DNA of 64,000 bases. Source: a virus. Every line of letters begins with the position of its first letter. Positions within the stretch are counted from its first letter, which is position 1. Position numbers and translations under genes: made by a program. Where the stretch lies: IMG/VR virus record IMGVR_UViG_3300045988_168112; one strand, written 5' to 3'. Below, piece by piece: positions 18,518 through 27,022 of the stretch. A model generated the notes under the pieces. It had not been told where the DNA came from and ran no database searches. It was given only the letters and a program-made list of their open reading frames with translations.

Positions 18518-21124
18518 TTACACCATTTCGACAACAATTGAATTAAGTCCTTTAGCAAGAACTTTGAATTTACTGAATCTCTGTGTCAAGTATTCATATT
18601 CATCAACTGTATTATTGATATTCGCAACTTTATCTCCTTTCTTAGCCAATAGTGTTATTTGGAAGTCACTTCCAAACAAAGATAGTTGTTTTAATGAAAA
18701 CGAACTAAAACTCTTATCTTCTATAACAGAACCAACTTCAGCGTTCAATAATTCATTTAGGCTATTCATATCTCTTGCTTCTAATCTTCTATACAGAACT
18801 AAATTTTCTTTGCAAGGATTTTTATCTATTGCTTCAGCAATTAATTGAGCCATTAAAGCAATTCCTGTTCCACCACCTTTACCGTAATTATAATCTCGAA
18901 TAGCTTCATAATCAGTACCCATATATCTTTTTAAAGCTTTATATTGAGTCTTAGTAACTTTTAACTTTTTACCTTGTTTTTCATAATAATCTATCATTTC
19001 ACCTTCATCTTCGAGAGTATGACCTGTAAAATGTTTATACTTCACACCATTCCATTCTGAATATAAAACACCATTAGCTACTGGAAGATAACCTGAATCA
19101 ATAAGTACTTTGTTTACTTCAGCTCTTTGTGTTGATTCTAAATAAGGATATTTACTAAGGATTTCTTCAAAATCTTCATCTTCAATATAATTTTTAAACC
19201 TTTTCTCAATATTTTCATCGATAGTAACTGAATCAAGTACTTTCCCAAATCTTTCTTTTTGTTCTTTATCTAAAGTATCGTTTTGAGAATTCCTTTTCTT
19301 CAAGAATTCTTTGAATTCTTTCTCAGCTTCAAACTTCACATCGTTCTTTTCTTCTTTAGTATCTAATTTTTTTAGATTATCTTTCAAAGCAAAAACACCT
19401 TGATGTTTCGGCCAAGACATAGATTTATTGTTACTCAAATCTTCCAATAAATACTCTCCTTTATCTTCGTCTCGAGAAAATCTATAATCTACACCATTTT
19501 CAGTAAATTCAACTGCCTTACCTTCATCTAACTTCTGTAAAATCTTACCATACAGTATCATACCAGCTTGTGACTTTATAGAATCCATTTTAACTACTGG
19601 TTTATCAATTTTATCTTTCTTCTCTTCAACTTTCGTTGATTCTGGTTTCTTAGCTTCTACTGCAAGTTCTGATTTAGATTCTTCTTTTTTAAGAGTCTTT
19701 TCAAATTCCTCCTTCACCCGTTTCTTGAATTCATTGAGAGGTTCATTTGGCTTAGATTCCATATAGAAGGAACCTTTCTTAGCTTTATATTTATCCTCTC
19801 CCTTCATATTAAGAACAATTGTCTGACCATCAACCTTAACATAGGTTTGAGTGATTTTCTTGAAACCATTCATTTCATTGAGTTTCTTATCGATACTATC
19901 AGAAATATCTTGCTTCAATTTATCCAACTTAGAATCAAGTGTCTTCTCATCTATAGGTTTAGTTTCTTTCGCCTCTTTATTCTTAGCTATCTTTTCTTTG
20001 ATTTTATTAATTACAGACAAATCTAAATCAAGTTCACCTTTTTCTTGAGCATCAAGAATACGTTGAAGAGCTGATGTAATACCAAGCTCATTCGCAGATT
20101 TATCATCTGACACTTTACCTTTACGATTCTCAATTTCCTTTTGAGCTGCCTGCTTGACTTCAAGAGAAGCATCTTTATCATTGATTGCAGCTTGTAACTG
20201 TTCATCACTTGCTTTAGATGCGTGTTGAGAGTAATCAACTTTTGCAGTTTTAGCTTCAGATTGTTGTTCATCTTTTTTTGAAGATTTTCCTTTTCCTTTA
20301 GGTCTCCAACCGTTAGCAGTTTTCACATATACCTTACCTCCCCACGTCTTTTCTGTACCAATAGGGGATGATTTCTTAGCTTTCTCTATAATTTCGTCCA
20401 TAAGTTGTTGTTCAATATTTAGATTTGTTGTATCTTTAGGAACAGAAAGAGCGTTGGAGCTTATTAAGGGATTGAGCCTTGCCGAGTCCATATCATTAGA
20501 ACTATCAGGTCCATCGAGTATAGTCAAGCTCTTTTTAATTTTATCTTCAATCTTAATATCTTTATTGTAAGATGTTAATACCCAAAGTTTTTCTCTAAAA
20601 TTATCATCTTCATCATAAACTACAGACTTTGTAAGTGTCACTTTCCATTCTCCTTTATAGATATTTACTTTCATCCCGTTTTCATAGAATTTCCCTATTT
20701 GCCCATTTTTCAATATATCTGAAATCCTATCTGCTATATCTTCATAAGATTTAAAATCATTTTGTTCTATAAAATGACGTTTTCTTATATGACGAAGACC
20801 TTTTCTTTCATCTCCCCAAATTATATCTATCTTACCAAGTCCTTCTCTTTCTATAGCTCCAATCACTTGACCGTTTCTTTCTTTCAAAAGAAAATCAATA
20901 GCTTCTTTAGGTTTACCTGCATATTTAAAATAATTCCGACCAAAAACTTTTAATTCGTCTTTAGCATATCGCTCTTTACTTACCTTTTGTCCTTTTACTA
21001 CTCGCCAACTTCCATCGGCTTGTTTCTGATATTTTACATTCTTCCATATCCTAATTTCACCAACTACGGCTTTTGCTTTCATTAATTCATTAAAATCTTC
21101 TTGATTCTTTATTGTTTGCATCAT
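18518..21124 (-). CDS. polyvalent protein: N-terminal PBECR-like nuclease region, K/E-rich linker, C-terminal ADP-ribosyltransferase
   Basis: C-terminus YKALKRYMGTDYEAIRDY, LVLYRR (Arg), SFSSFS (STS-like), DEYEYL (ExE) = R-S-E ART triad; N-terminus IDIIWGDERKGLRHIRKRHF; ATG at 21124 (track start is TTG). Confidence 0.7.
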   Translation of the reverse strand: MMQTIKNQEDFNELMKAKAVVGEIRIWKNVKYQKQADGSWRVVKGQKVSKERYAKDELKVFGRNYFKYAGKPKEAIDFLLKERNGQVIGAIEREGLGKIDIIWGDERKGLRHIRKRHFIEQNDFKSYEDIADRISDILKNGQIGKFYENGMKVNIYKGEWKVTLTKSVVYDEDDNFREKLWVLTSYNKDIKIEDKIKKSLTILDGPDSSNDMDSARLNPLISSNALSVPKDTTNLNIEQQLMDEIIEKAKKSSPIGTEKTWGGKVYVKTANGWRPKGKGKSSKKDEQQSEAKTAKVDYSQHASKASDEQLQAAINDKDASLEVKQAAQKEIENRKGKVSDDKSANELGITSALQRILDAQEKGELDLDLSVINKIKEKIAKNKEAKETKPIDEKTLDSKLDKLKQDISDSIDKKLNEMNGFKKITQTYVKVDGQTIVLNMKGEDKYKAKKGSFYMESKPNEPLNEFKKRVKEEFEKTLKKEESKSELAVEAKKPESTKVEEKKDKIDKPVVKMDSIKSQAGMILYGKILQKLDEGKAVEFTENGVDYRFSRDEDKGEYLLEDLSNNKSMSWPKHQGVFALKDNLKKLDTKEEKNDVKFEAEKEFKEFLKKRNSQNDTLDKEQKERFGKVLDSVTIDENIEKRFKNYIEDEDFEEILSKYPYLESTQRAEVNKVLIDSGYLPVANGVLYSEWNGVKYKHFTGHTLEDEGEMIDYYEKQGKKLKVTKTQYKALKRYMGTDYEAIRDYNYGKGGGTGIALMAQLIAEAIDKNPCKENLVLYRRLEARDMNSLNELLNAEVGSVIEDKSFSSFSLKQLSLFGSDFQITLLAKKGDKVANINNTVDEYEYLTQRFSKFKVLAKGLNSIVVEMV

Positions 21125-21140
21125 CAATTGTTTTTATTAA

Positions 21141-21202
21141 ATAGTCTTGAATTATTGTCCTCAGCAAAGTCTACCCCGCAGTCCAATAATATTCAAGACT
21201 AT
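21141..21202 (-). other. long bulged hairpin between Nudix and ART genes
   Basis: ATAGTCTTGAATTATTG (21141-21157) pairs with CAATAATATTCAAGACTAT (21184-21202), 2-nt bulge, 26-nt relatively GC-rich loop. Confidence 0.5.
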
Positions 21203-21214
21203 TTCAACGAATTC

Positions 21215-23074
21215 TTAATGTAACTGCAAACGATACTTCGTCTGTTTGAGTGTTGCCATAAAATCTTCAACCCAAGACTTTTCACCTGCATAATTTTGCT
21301 TGTCTTCGAGTTTAGAATAGAATTCTTTTGTCCTATCAATAATCAGATTGATAAGTCCTATCGGGTCATCAACTTCAATTTCTTCACCGTTGATTTCACC
21401 TTCTTTGAATCGTCCGAATTCTGACTGTCCTGCTTCCATTATCTTATCTTCATAATCTGAAAGTTCCTCTATCAAATCATCGAGATATTGATGTTTAGCA
21501 TTATCTTCTTCACTCCAATGGATATTCTTTGATTTCGTCTTCACGCCTTCAATGAAATTAGCAAAATCAGCAAACACTCTGTACATCTCATCTTTTGCTT
21601 TTAGAATCTCAGAACCATCATCTAAAGAAACGTTACTGTTTATCTCTTTACGAATATCATCTATACCCCAAGATTTCTCTATTTCTTCATCAGAAACAAG
21701 AATCTTGTTTATATCGAGTTTTCCTTCGTTTTTCATCTCATTCAGTAAAGATTTGAACATATCAGCTTGGTCGAGGTCATTGAAGTCAATTAACATTCTA
21801 AAACCTGTTGGTTCTTCAGTTTCAATCTCAATAGATTTTTCTATACCATCACCTTCAGGTTCTTTTGTTTCTTTATCTAAATCTTCTTTACATAAAGCAT
21901 TAACACTATTACAATCTATAGTCTTTTCAACATTCTCTTTTTCTTTCCAATCCTCAGGAAGTTCATTCTCAAGACCCAGCTCTTTAGCACGTTTCTTAAT
22001 CCATGCTTTCACCTTTTCTTTCGGCATATCAGAAGCGCCGGACAACTTAATAGCATCTTTCAAATCCTGACTATTCCTTATAGGATATTTCCCGTTCGGC
22101 ATTGCCTCGCCTTTCTTTGCAAGGTCTTTTCTTTCTGTATGTGAAAAATAGGTTTTATTATTTGCCTTTTTGATATCTTCTGGACATGATTTACAAACAT
22201 CGCCGAAGACTTTTTCTGAAATATCACCATTCAAAAATGACTTCATAATCTTCAAGACTTTATTTTCAGATACTTCAAGTCCTAAAATTCGTTTGATATT
22301 ATCTTTCATATCAAAAATGAAATCATAATCATCTAACTCTGTAGATGGATTAATCCAAGCAGAACCAATTTCTTCTTCACTATCAAGCAACAATGAAGCT
22401 GGAGCTTCACTATCAATATGACCTATAAAATAATGAATTTCAAAATCTTTACCTGTCGCGATTCCAACTGGATAAAGCAAATCTTCAGGAACATCTAATC
22501 CAGTCTCTTCAAATAATTCTCTATGAGCTGCTTCACGCCATTCTTCTCCTGCATCTACATGACCTCCAGGAATACACCATTCAGTAGTACTTTCACCCAT
22601 ATCACCAACTCTCTGTAGGATAAGAAGTTTGTCCCCTCTAAATAAAAGCACATCTGCATATTTCACTTTACCAATCTTCGCTTTGATAATGTCATTGTAA
22701 ATAGACTTTGAAATTACACCAGATTTACACAATCCTTTAGCTTCAAAGAGGTCTTTCATATCTACAAGTGCTTCTGCAATTTCAGTATCATCTTCTAATA
22801 ATTTTATAGACTTTTCTATAGAAGTCTTTTCTTTTTGGATACTTGCAACATGTTTCGTATGTTCCTTCAAAAAAGAATCGTATCTTTTCAAAGCATCTTC
22901 TTTCTCTTCTGCATCTAAAGTGGAGATACTTTTAATAATACTATTCTGTTGTGCAAACTCATCTGCAAGATTATCTATCTCTTTATTGATATCTTGAGAT
23001 TTTTGAAGAAGTTTTCTGTACTGATTGATTTTTTCTTCTTTTGAACGAAAACCAAATAATTTCTTTATATTCAT
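21215..23074 (-). CDS. Nudix hydrolase domain protein with coiled-coil N-terminus and long C-terminal extension
   Basis: Perfect Nudix box GGHVDAGEEWREAAHRELFEETGL (nt 22499-22567); 619 aa total. Confidence 0.75.
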   Translation of the reverse strand: MNIKKLFGFRSKEEKINQYRKLLQKSQDINKEIDNLADEFAQQNSIIKSISTLDAEEKEDALKRYDSFLKEHTKHVASIQKEKTSIEKSIKLLEDDTEIAEALVDMKDLFEAKGLCKSGVISKSIYNDIIKAKIGKVKYADVLLFRGDKLLILQRVGDMGESTTEWCIPGGHVDAGEEWREAAHRELFEETGLDVPEDLLYPVGIATGKDFEIHYFIGHIDSEAPASLLLDSEEEIGSAWINPSTELDDYDFIFDMKDNIKRILGLEVSENKVLKIMKSFLNGDISEKVFGDVCKSCPEDIKKANNKTYFSHTERKDLAKKGEAMPNGKYPIRNSQDLKDAIKLSGASDMPKEKVKAWIKKRAKELGLENELPEDWKEKENVEKTIDCNSVNALCKEDLDKETKEPEGDGIEKSIEIETEEPTGFRMLIDFNDLDQADMFKSLLNEMKNEGKLDINKILVSDEEIEKSWGIDDIRKEINSNVSLDDGSEILKAKDEMYRVFADFANFIEGVKTKSKNIHWSEEDNAKHQYLDDLIEELSDYEDKIMEAGQSEFGRFKEGEINGEEIEVDDPIGLINLIIDRTKEFYSKLEDKQNYAGEKSWVEDFMATLKQTKYRLQLH

Positions 23075-23091
23075 AGCTTTATAATTTTTGT

Positions 23092-23107
23092 CCTAAATAT
23101 ACGAATT
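23092..23107 (-). promoter_or_regulatory. promoter-like motif, late variant AATTCGTATATTTAGG
   Basis: Minus strand AATTCGTATATTTAGG, 17 nt before ATG 23074. Confidence 0.4.
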
Positions 23108-23111
23108 CTAT

Positions 23112-23546
23112 TTATGAAATATCACTCTTGATACGAATATCTTCAACGTAATAAAAATCACGTTCACCTATATAGACATTATAAAAGAATCTGTTCACAG
23201 TTTCAAGTTTCTCAATACGGTCAACTATATAACTATTCTTTCTACCCTCAAGTATCATTCCTGGTTTTAATTTAGAGGTTTTTGTAAGTGAACAAGTCTT
23301 TTTGTTTGAATCTATAACATAAAGTAACTGTTCTCCTGATATTCTATCTAAAACTACTTCTTCATCAGCATGACAATATACGTTATAGACAGATTCATTA
23401 AAACGCGCAGCTCTTTTATAAAGAGCTTCTAATTTTGCAAATCCATTTTTGTTCACAATCAAATCACCAATTTTCAAATCTTTGATAAACTTAGGTCCTT
23501 CGAATGTCTTCACTTCGACGAAACTTGAATTAAAACCACCTTTCAT
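23112..23546 (-). CDS. free-standing Hint-like domain protein
   Basis: SFVEVKTFEGPKFIKDLKIGDLIV (intein block A-like) and RFFYNVYIGERDFYYVEDIRI (C-terminal block-like); no extein. Confidence 0.4.
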   Translation of the reverse strand: MKGGFNSSFVEVKTFEGPKFIKDLKIGDLIVNKNGFAKLEALYKRAARFNESVYNVYCHADEEVVLDRISGEQLLYVIDSNKKTCSLTKTSKLKPGMILEGRKNSYIVDRIEKLETVNRFFYNVYIGERDFYYVEDIRIKSDIS

Positions 23547-23548
23547 AT

Positions 23549-24148
23549 TTATTCATGTATTATTGTTTTTAATACTCCACCAAAATCTTGGATAACATAT
23601 TCTATAGGTGCTATCAGATTATAAAGAGTTCCTTTGTATGTAGTTTCTTTAATATCTTTAACAATAAGTTTTCTTACACCAAAATGACTTTTAGATGTAT
23701 CTTCAAAACTTTTTACATACTCTTCAATCGATAATTTTCGTTCCTCACTATCTGACCTTAAAGATGAACCTGATATTCTATTCAAACACTCACCTTCAGT
23801 CATCTCACTTAAAAGTTTTTCATCTAAAATAGGTAAACAACATTTTTGAGAATATTTACCAATAAATAATTTTTGACCTTCACAAATTGAAATCTCTCCA
23901 GCTTCACTTTCAAAGATTAAAGTAAATATCTTACCATTATAATCTCCTATATTGATTCTTGCTGGCATATATCTAAAACTAAAGGTAGGAATATGAAGCA
24001 TCTTAACAAAATCAATTCCATTCTTATTAAGGTCACTGATTTTGATGAATTCATCTTCAAACCTCTCTTCTTTAAGTCTACTATCTTCGTAAGTTTCAAC
24101 CTTCTTTCTCAAGACTTGTACTAACACATCTCCTTTGTATCCTATCAT
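23549..24148 (-). CDS. second Hint-like domain protein
   Basis: GTLYNLIAPIEYVIQDFGGVLKTIIHE C-terminus resembles the intein/Hint terminal block (..vYnL.v...h.f.a.G.l.HN). Confidence 0.35.
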   Translation of the reverse strand: MIGYKGDVLVQVLRKKVETYEDSRLKEERFEDEFIKISDLNKNGIDFVKMLHIPTFSFRYMPARINIGDYNGKIFTLIFESEAGEISICEGQKLFIGKYSQKCCLPILDEKLLSEMTEGECLNRISGSSLRSDSEERKLSIEEYVKSFEDTSKSHFGVRKLIVKDIKETTYKGTLYNLIAPIEYVIQDFGGVLKTIIHE

Positions 24149-25095
24149 ACTATAAACTCTTTATTGCCGACTGTTATTTTAACTTTACTTCTTCTCTCAA
24201 CTTTTCTATCAAAATGTTTGACTGGTTCAAATGATTGTGTTTCGTCATTCCAAACATATGATTTCGGGATATAACGCATATTACACCTACAAAATGGGTG
24301 AATTGGTCCAAGAGTTGGTTTCCAATCTTTTGACTTTAAACCTATATTGTCACCATTCGCTATTAGGTCAATCAACTTGAATATTCTTGGCTTCGTACCT
24401 ACACCTCCAGTTGTATAGAGTTGTTGACAATATTTACACGCACCAGGGTACACTTGTTTATATACCAATGCTTCTGCACCATGTTCATTCATTATCTGTT
24501 GTGCTACACCTATTTGATAGACGTATTGCATTTCAGTCTCGACTATTCTGCCCCAATCTCTATTCCAATCGTCCAACGAATGTCCTATACTACTGATAAT
24601 AGATTGGATTGATTTCTTTTTCAAAGTTCCTTCAATTATTTCCTTCTTAATGGTGGTTAATTCAAGTTGTCTTTGAATTTCTGCTATTAACTTAACCTCC
24701 TCTTCAGATATAGAATTTGAAAGAATATCCCGCATTCTTTTCCCCATTGTCTTTATATAGGAGTAAGTTCGGGTCGCTGCAGCATCGTACATTGCTTTTT
24801 CTGAAGCTGTCAATGCCTTATACTGCTTCTTGTCTATGTAAGACAAAAGGTCAGTATAATCCAATGTCCTTAATTGACTTGGAGTCAATTGTCCTGATAA
24901 TCTACCAAAAAGGTATGATTGATAATATGGAGGCAATTTCTTCAATTCATCCTTCCATTTATAACCATACCTTTTTAATAACTCCTTGTCTTCAGAAGAT
25001 AATTTACTCTCACCAAGAACATCTGCAACAATTCTTGCAAGTCGATAATCTATAATATCGAATAACCTCTGTATTTCATCAGGAGTGAAAATCAT
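24145..25095 (-). CDS. MuF / SPP1 gp7-like minor head (morphogenesis) protein
   Basis: PGACKYCQQLY ... IHPFCRCNMRYIP signature; two genes after portal (a small 67-aa ORF lies between). Confidence 0.7.
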   Translation of the reverse strand: MIFTPDEIQRLFDIIDYRLARIVADVLGESKLSSEDKELLKRYGYKWKDELKKLPPYYQSYLFGRLSGQLTPSQLRTLDYTDLLSYIDKKQYKALTASEKAMYDAAATRTYSYIKTMGKRMRDILSNSISEEEVKLIAEIQRQLELTTIKKEIIEGTLKKKSIQSIISSIGHSLDDWNRDWGRIVETEMQYVYQIGVAQQIMNEHGAEALVYKQVYPGACKYCQQLYTTGGVGTKPRIFKLIDLIANGDNIGLKSKDWKPTLGPIHPFCRCNMRYIPKSYVWNDETQSFEPVKHFDRKVERRSKVKITVGNKEFIV

Positions 25096-25295
25096 TGTTT
25101 TGCAATTTTAGTCATTTCCTTGGTCAAATCTATCATCATATTATTGACCTGAGTTGAAAACATAACTTGTGCCAATCCTTCATATCCACATTGGACTTTC
25201 GGATAACGAATAGGGTCCTTTGTATGATATATAACATTCGACTTTTTAGCCATCTGTTTGATATCAACTCCATCAACTTTTTTAATCGGCGGCAT
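25092..25295 (-). CDS. hypothetical small protein
   Basis: 67-aa ORF coupled between portal and MuF genes. Confidence 0.55.
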   Translation of the reverse strand: MPPIKKVDGVDIKQMAKKSNVIYHTKDPIRYPKVQCGYEGLAQVMFSTQVNNMMIDLTKEMTKIAKQ

Positions 25296-27010
25296 TACTT
25301 GTATAAATTAGTTTTATAATAATTTATCGCTTCTGCAAGTATAGGATTATTGTCAAATGATTTATACTTATCAAACGGGTTTTCACTGAATGATTCTTCA
25401 TCATTTGGAACTCCTGCTTCTTCTGATTCTCCAGGAACAGACGCTCCATACATCTGCTGCTGTTGTTCAGCTTGCTTTGCAGTCTGATAAACTTGATTGA
25501 TAATGATATCGTTTTCTGGGTCAAGTGGTCTTCCTGAATACTTCTGGAATATATCTTGCATTGCAACCATACCTTTTTCAAGTTTCTCAGCATCAAGTTT
25601 TACTTGAGCTTCTTCATCTTCAACCTCAATACCAGTAAATGAAAATTCGAAATCTTCATCAAGCTCACTTACGATATATTTCGTAATCACATTCTCCAGG
25701 AATATAAGAATAGGTTTCAAACCTTTCTCTCTACTATGTTGCAATCTGGCTTTTTGACCATCTTGTCCAAAGATTTGAGCTTGGTCTTTGAATTGGAATC
25801 CTAATTCCGTAGGGTCTATTCTATAGACAGAACAACTCATTATAACCAAGAATTTCAACCAATCATTGAATTCCATATCACGGTTTCCTTTCTGGAGGTC
25901 AATCCATTCCAAATCGATACCATTGATAACCGGTACCCTATGAGAATTCTCAACTCCCCTCATCGTCTGCATCCATGCCTGACGAAATTCATTCAATGTT
26001 GATGGTGAAATATTCGCATTCTTTACATTAATAAAACCTTTTGGTTGAGAACCTTGTTTGAAAAATAATCCATTATAACTCATTCCCCATAATATCCATG
26101 TAATAATCTCTACAAGAGTTTCAAGTTCACTTGTACCATATCCATTCTTACGAATATTAGAAGTTTTGTTTCTAATACCAAATCCAAGCTCCCATGGATA
26201 ATATAAAATTGGTTCTTTTGTCATAGGATTACGAATAATCATATCATCCCATACCATACAATATCTTGGTAAATAACCTTTGAACCTGTATCCTTCAAAA
26301 GCTTCTCTTTGTCTTGGGTCAACAGTATCAAGAAATCGAATAAGTGATGCATCAATAGCTCTGAATTTTTTCAATTCCCAATCACGACTCCTGACAACTT
26401 CAAATGCCAGTTGGTCCAATGTAAGACTATCGAATGTTATCTTACGAACGAATTCTTGAAAACTATCCAGATTATCCCACTTCTCATTCCATCCTCCGTT
26501 CTCAAGGAATTTCACAATATTCTCTATCTTTCTTTTATCTTCGTTAGAAAGTTCATCTTCTTTCTCTTCTTTGAAGAGACTTTTCTTTCTTCGGATAGTA
26601 TATCCTTCTTTTTGTTCATCTTCAGAAAAATGCAGAAAATTTTGAACTTGCTCAATACGTGTATTAACTATTGCACGAATGATATAAATATCTCCCATTC
26701 TCCGAAGAGTAGAAAATGATAGAACTCCCTTTGAATCTTTGAATCCTTTACCATTCCCCGCTAAATCATTAGGGTCAAAGAAAACAGATTGTATATGAGG
26801 ATTCGTCTTATTGATTTCGCCTAAATACAAATTAGCTTTCAACAACTCTTCCGTATCATTAGAACTCAAAGCTGATTGAAGTTTACTTTGGAATGCCATA
26901 GGGGCTGCTTTTTGTATCGAATCAAGTTCTTCTAAAGAAAGTCCAGCCAGACTCGATAAAAAGTCTGGCTTTGACTTAATTTGAGAATTTCGTTTATTTC
27001 TTTTTCCCAT
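25295..27010 (-). CDS. portal protein
   Basis: 571 aa; acidic C-terminus; upstream of MuF, protease, scaffold and capsid genes. Confidence 0.75.
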   Translation of the reverse strand: MGKRNKRNSQIKSKPDFLSSLAGLSLEELDSIQKAAPMAFQSKLQSALSSNDTEELLKANLYLGEINKTNPHIQSVFFDPNDLAGNGKGFKDSKGVLSFSTLRRMGDIYIIRAIVNTRIEQVQNFLHFSEDEQKEGYTIRRKKSLFKEEKEDELSNEDKRKIENIVKFLENGGWNEKWDNLDSFQEFVRKITFDSLTLDQLAFEVVRSRDWELKKFRAIDASLIRFLDTVDPRQREAFEGYRFKGYLPRYCMVWDDMIIRNPMTKEPILYYPWELGFGIRNKTSNIRKNGYGTSELETLVEIITWILWGMSYNGLFFKQGSQPKGFINVKNANISPSTLNEFRQAWMQTMRGVENSHRVPVINGIDLEWIDLQKGNRDMEFNDWLKFLVIMSCSVYRIDPTELGFQFKDQAQIFGQDGQKARLQHSREKGLKPILIFLENVITKYIVSELDEDFEFSFTGIEVEDEEAQVKLDAEKLEKGMVAMQDIFQKYSGRPLDPENDIIINQVYQTAKQAEQQQQMYGASVPGESEEAGVPNDEESFSENPFDKYKSFDNNPILAEAINYYKTNLYK

Positions 27011-27022
27011 CGTCAGATAATT

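Noticed and set aside
21552-22070. 172-aa plus-strand ORF inside the Nudix gene (and similar ones at 16333-16713, 19851-20048, 42159-42557)
   Set aside because: This is the same antisense artefact of acidic/lysine-rich genes. All plus-strand ORFs except 32910-33365 were discarded for this reason.
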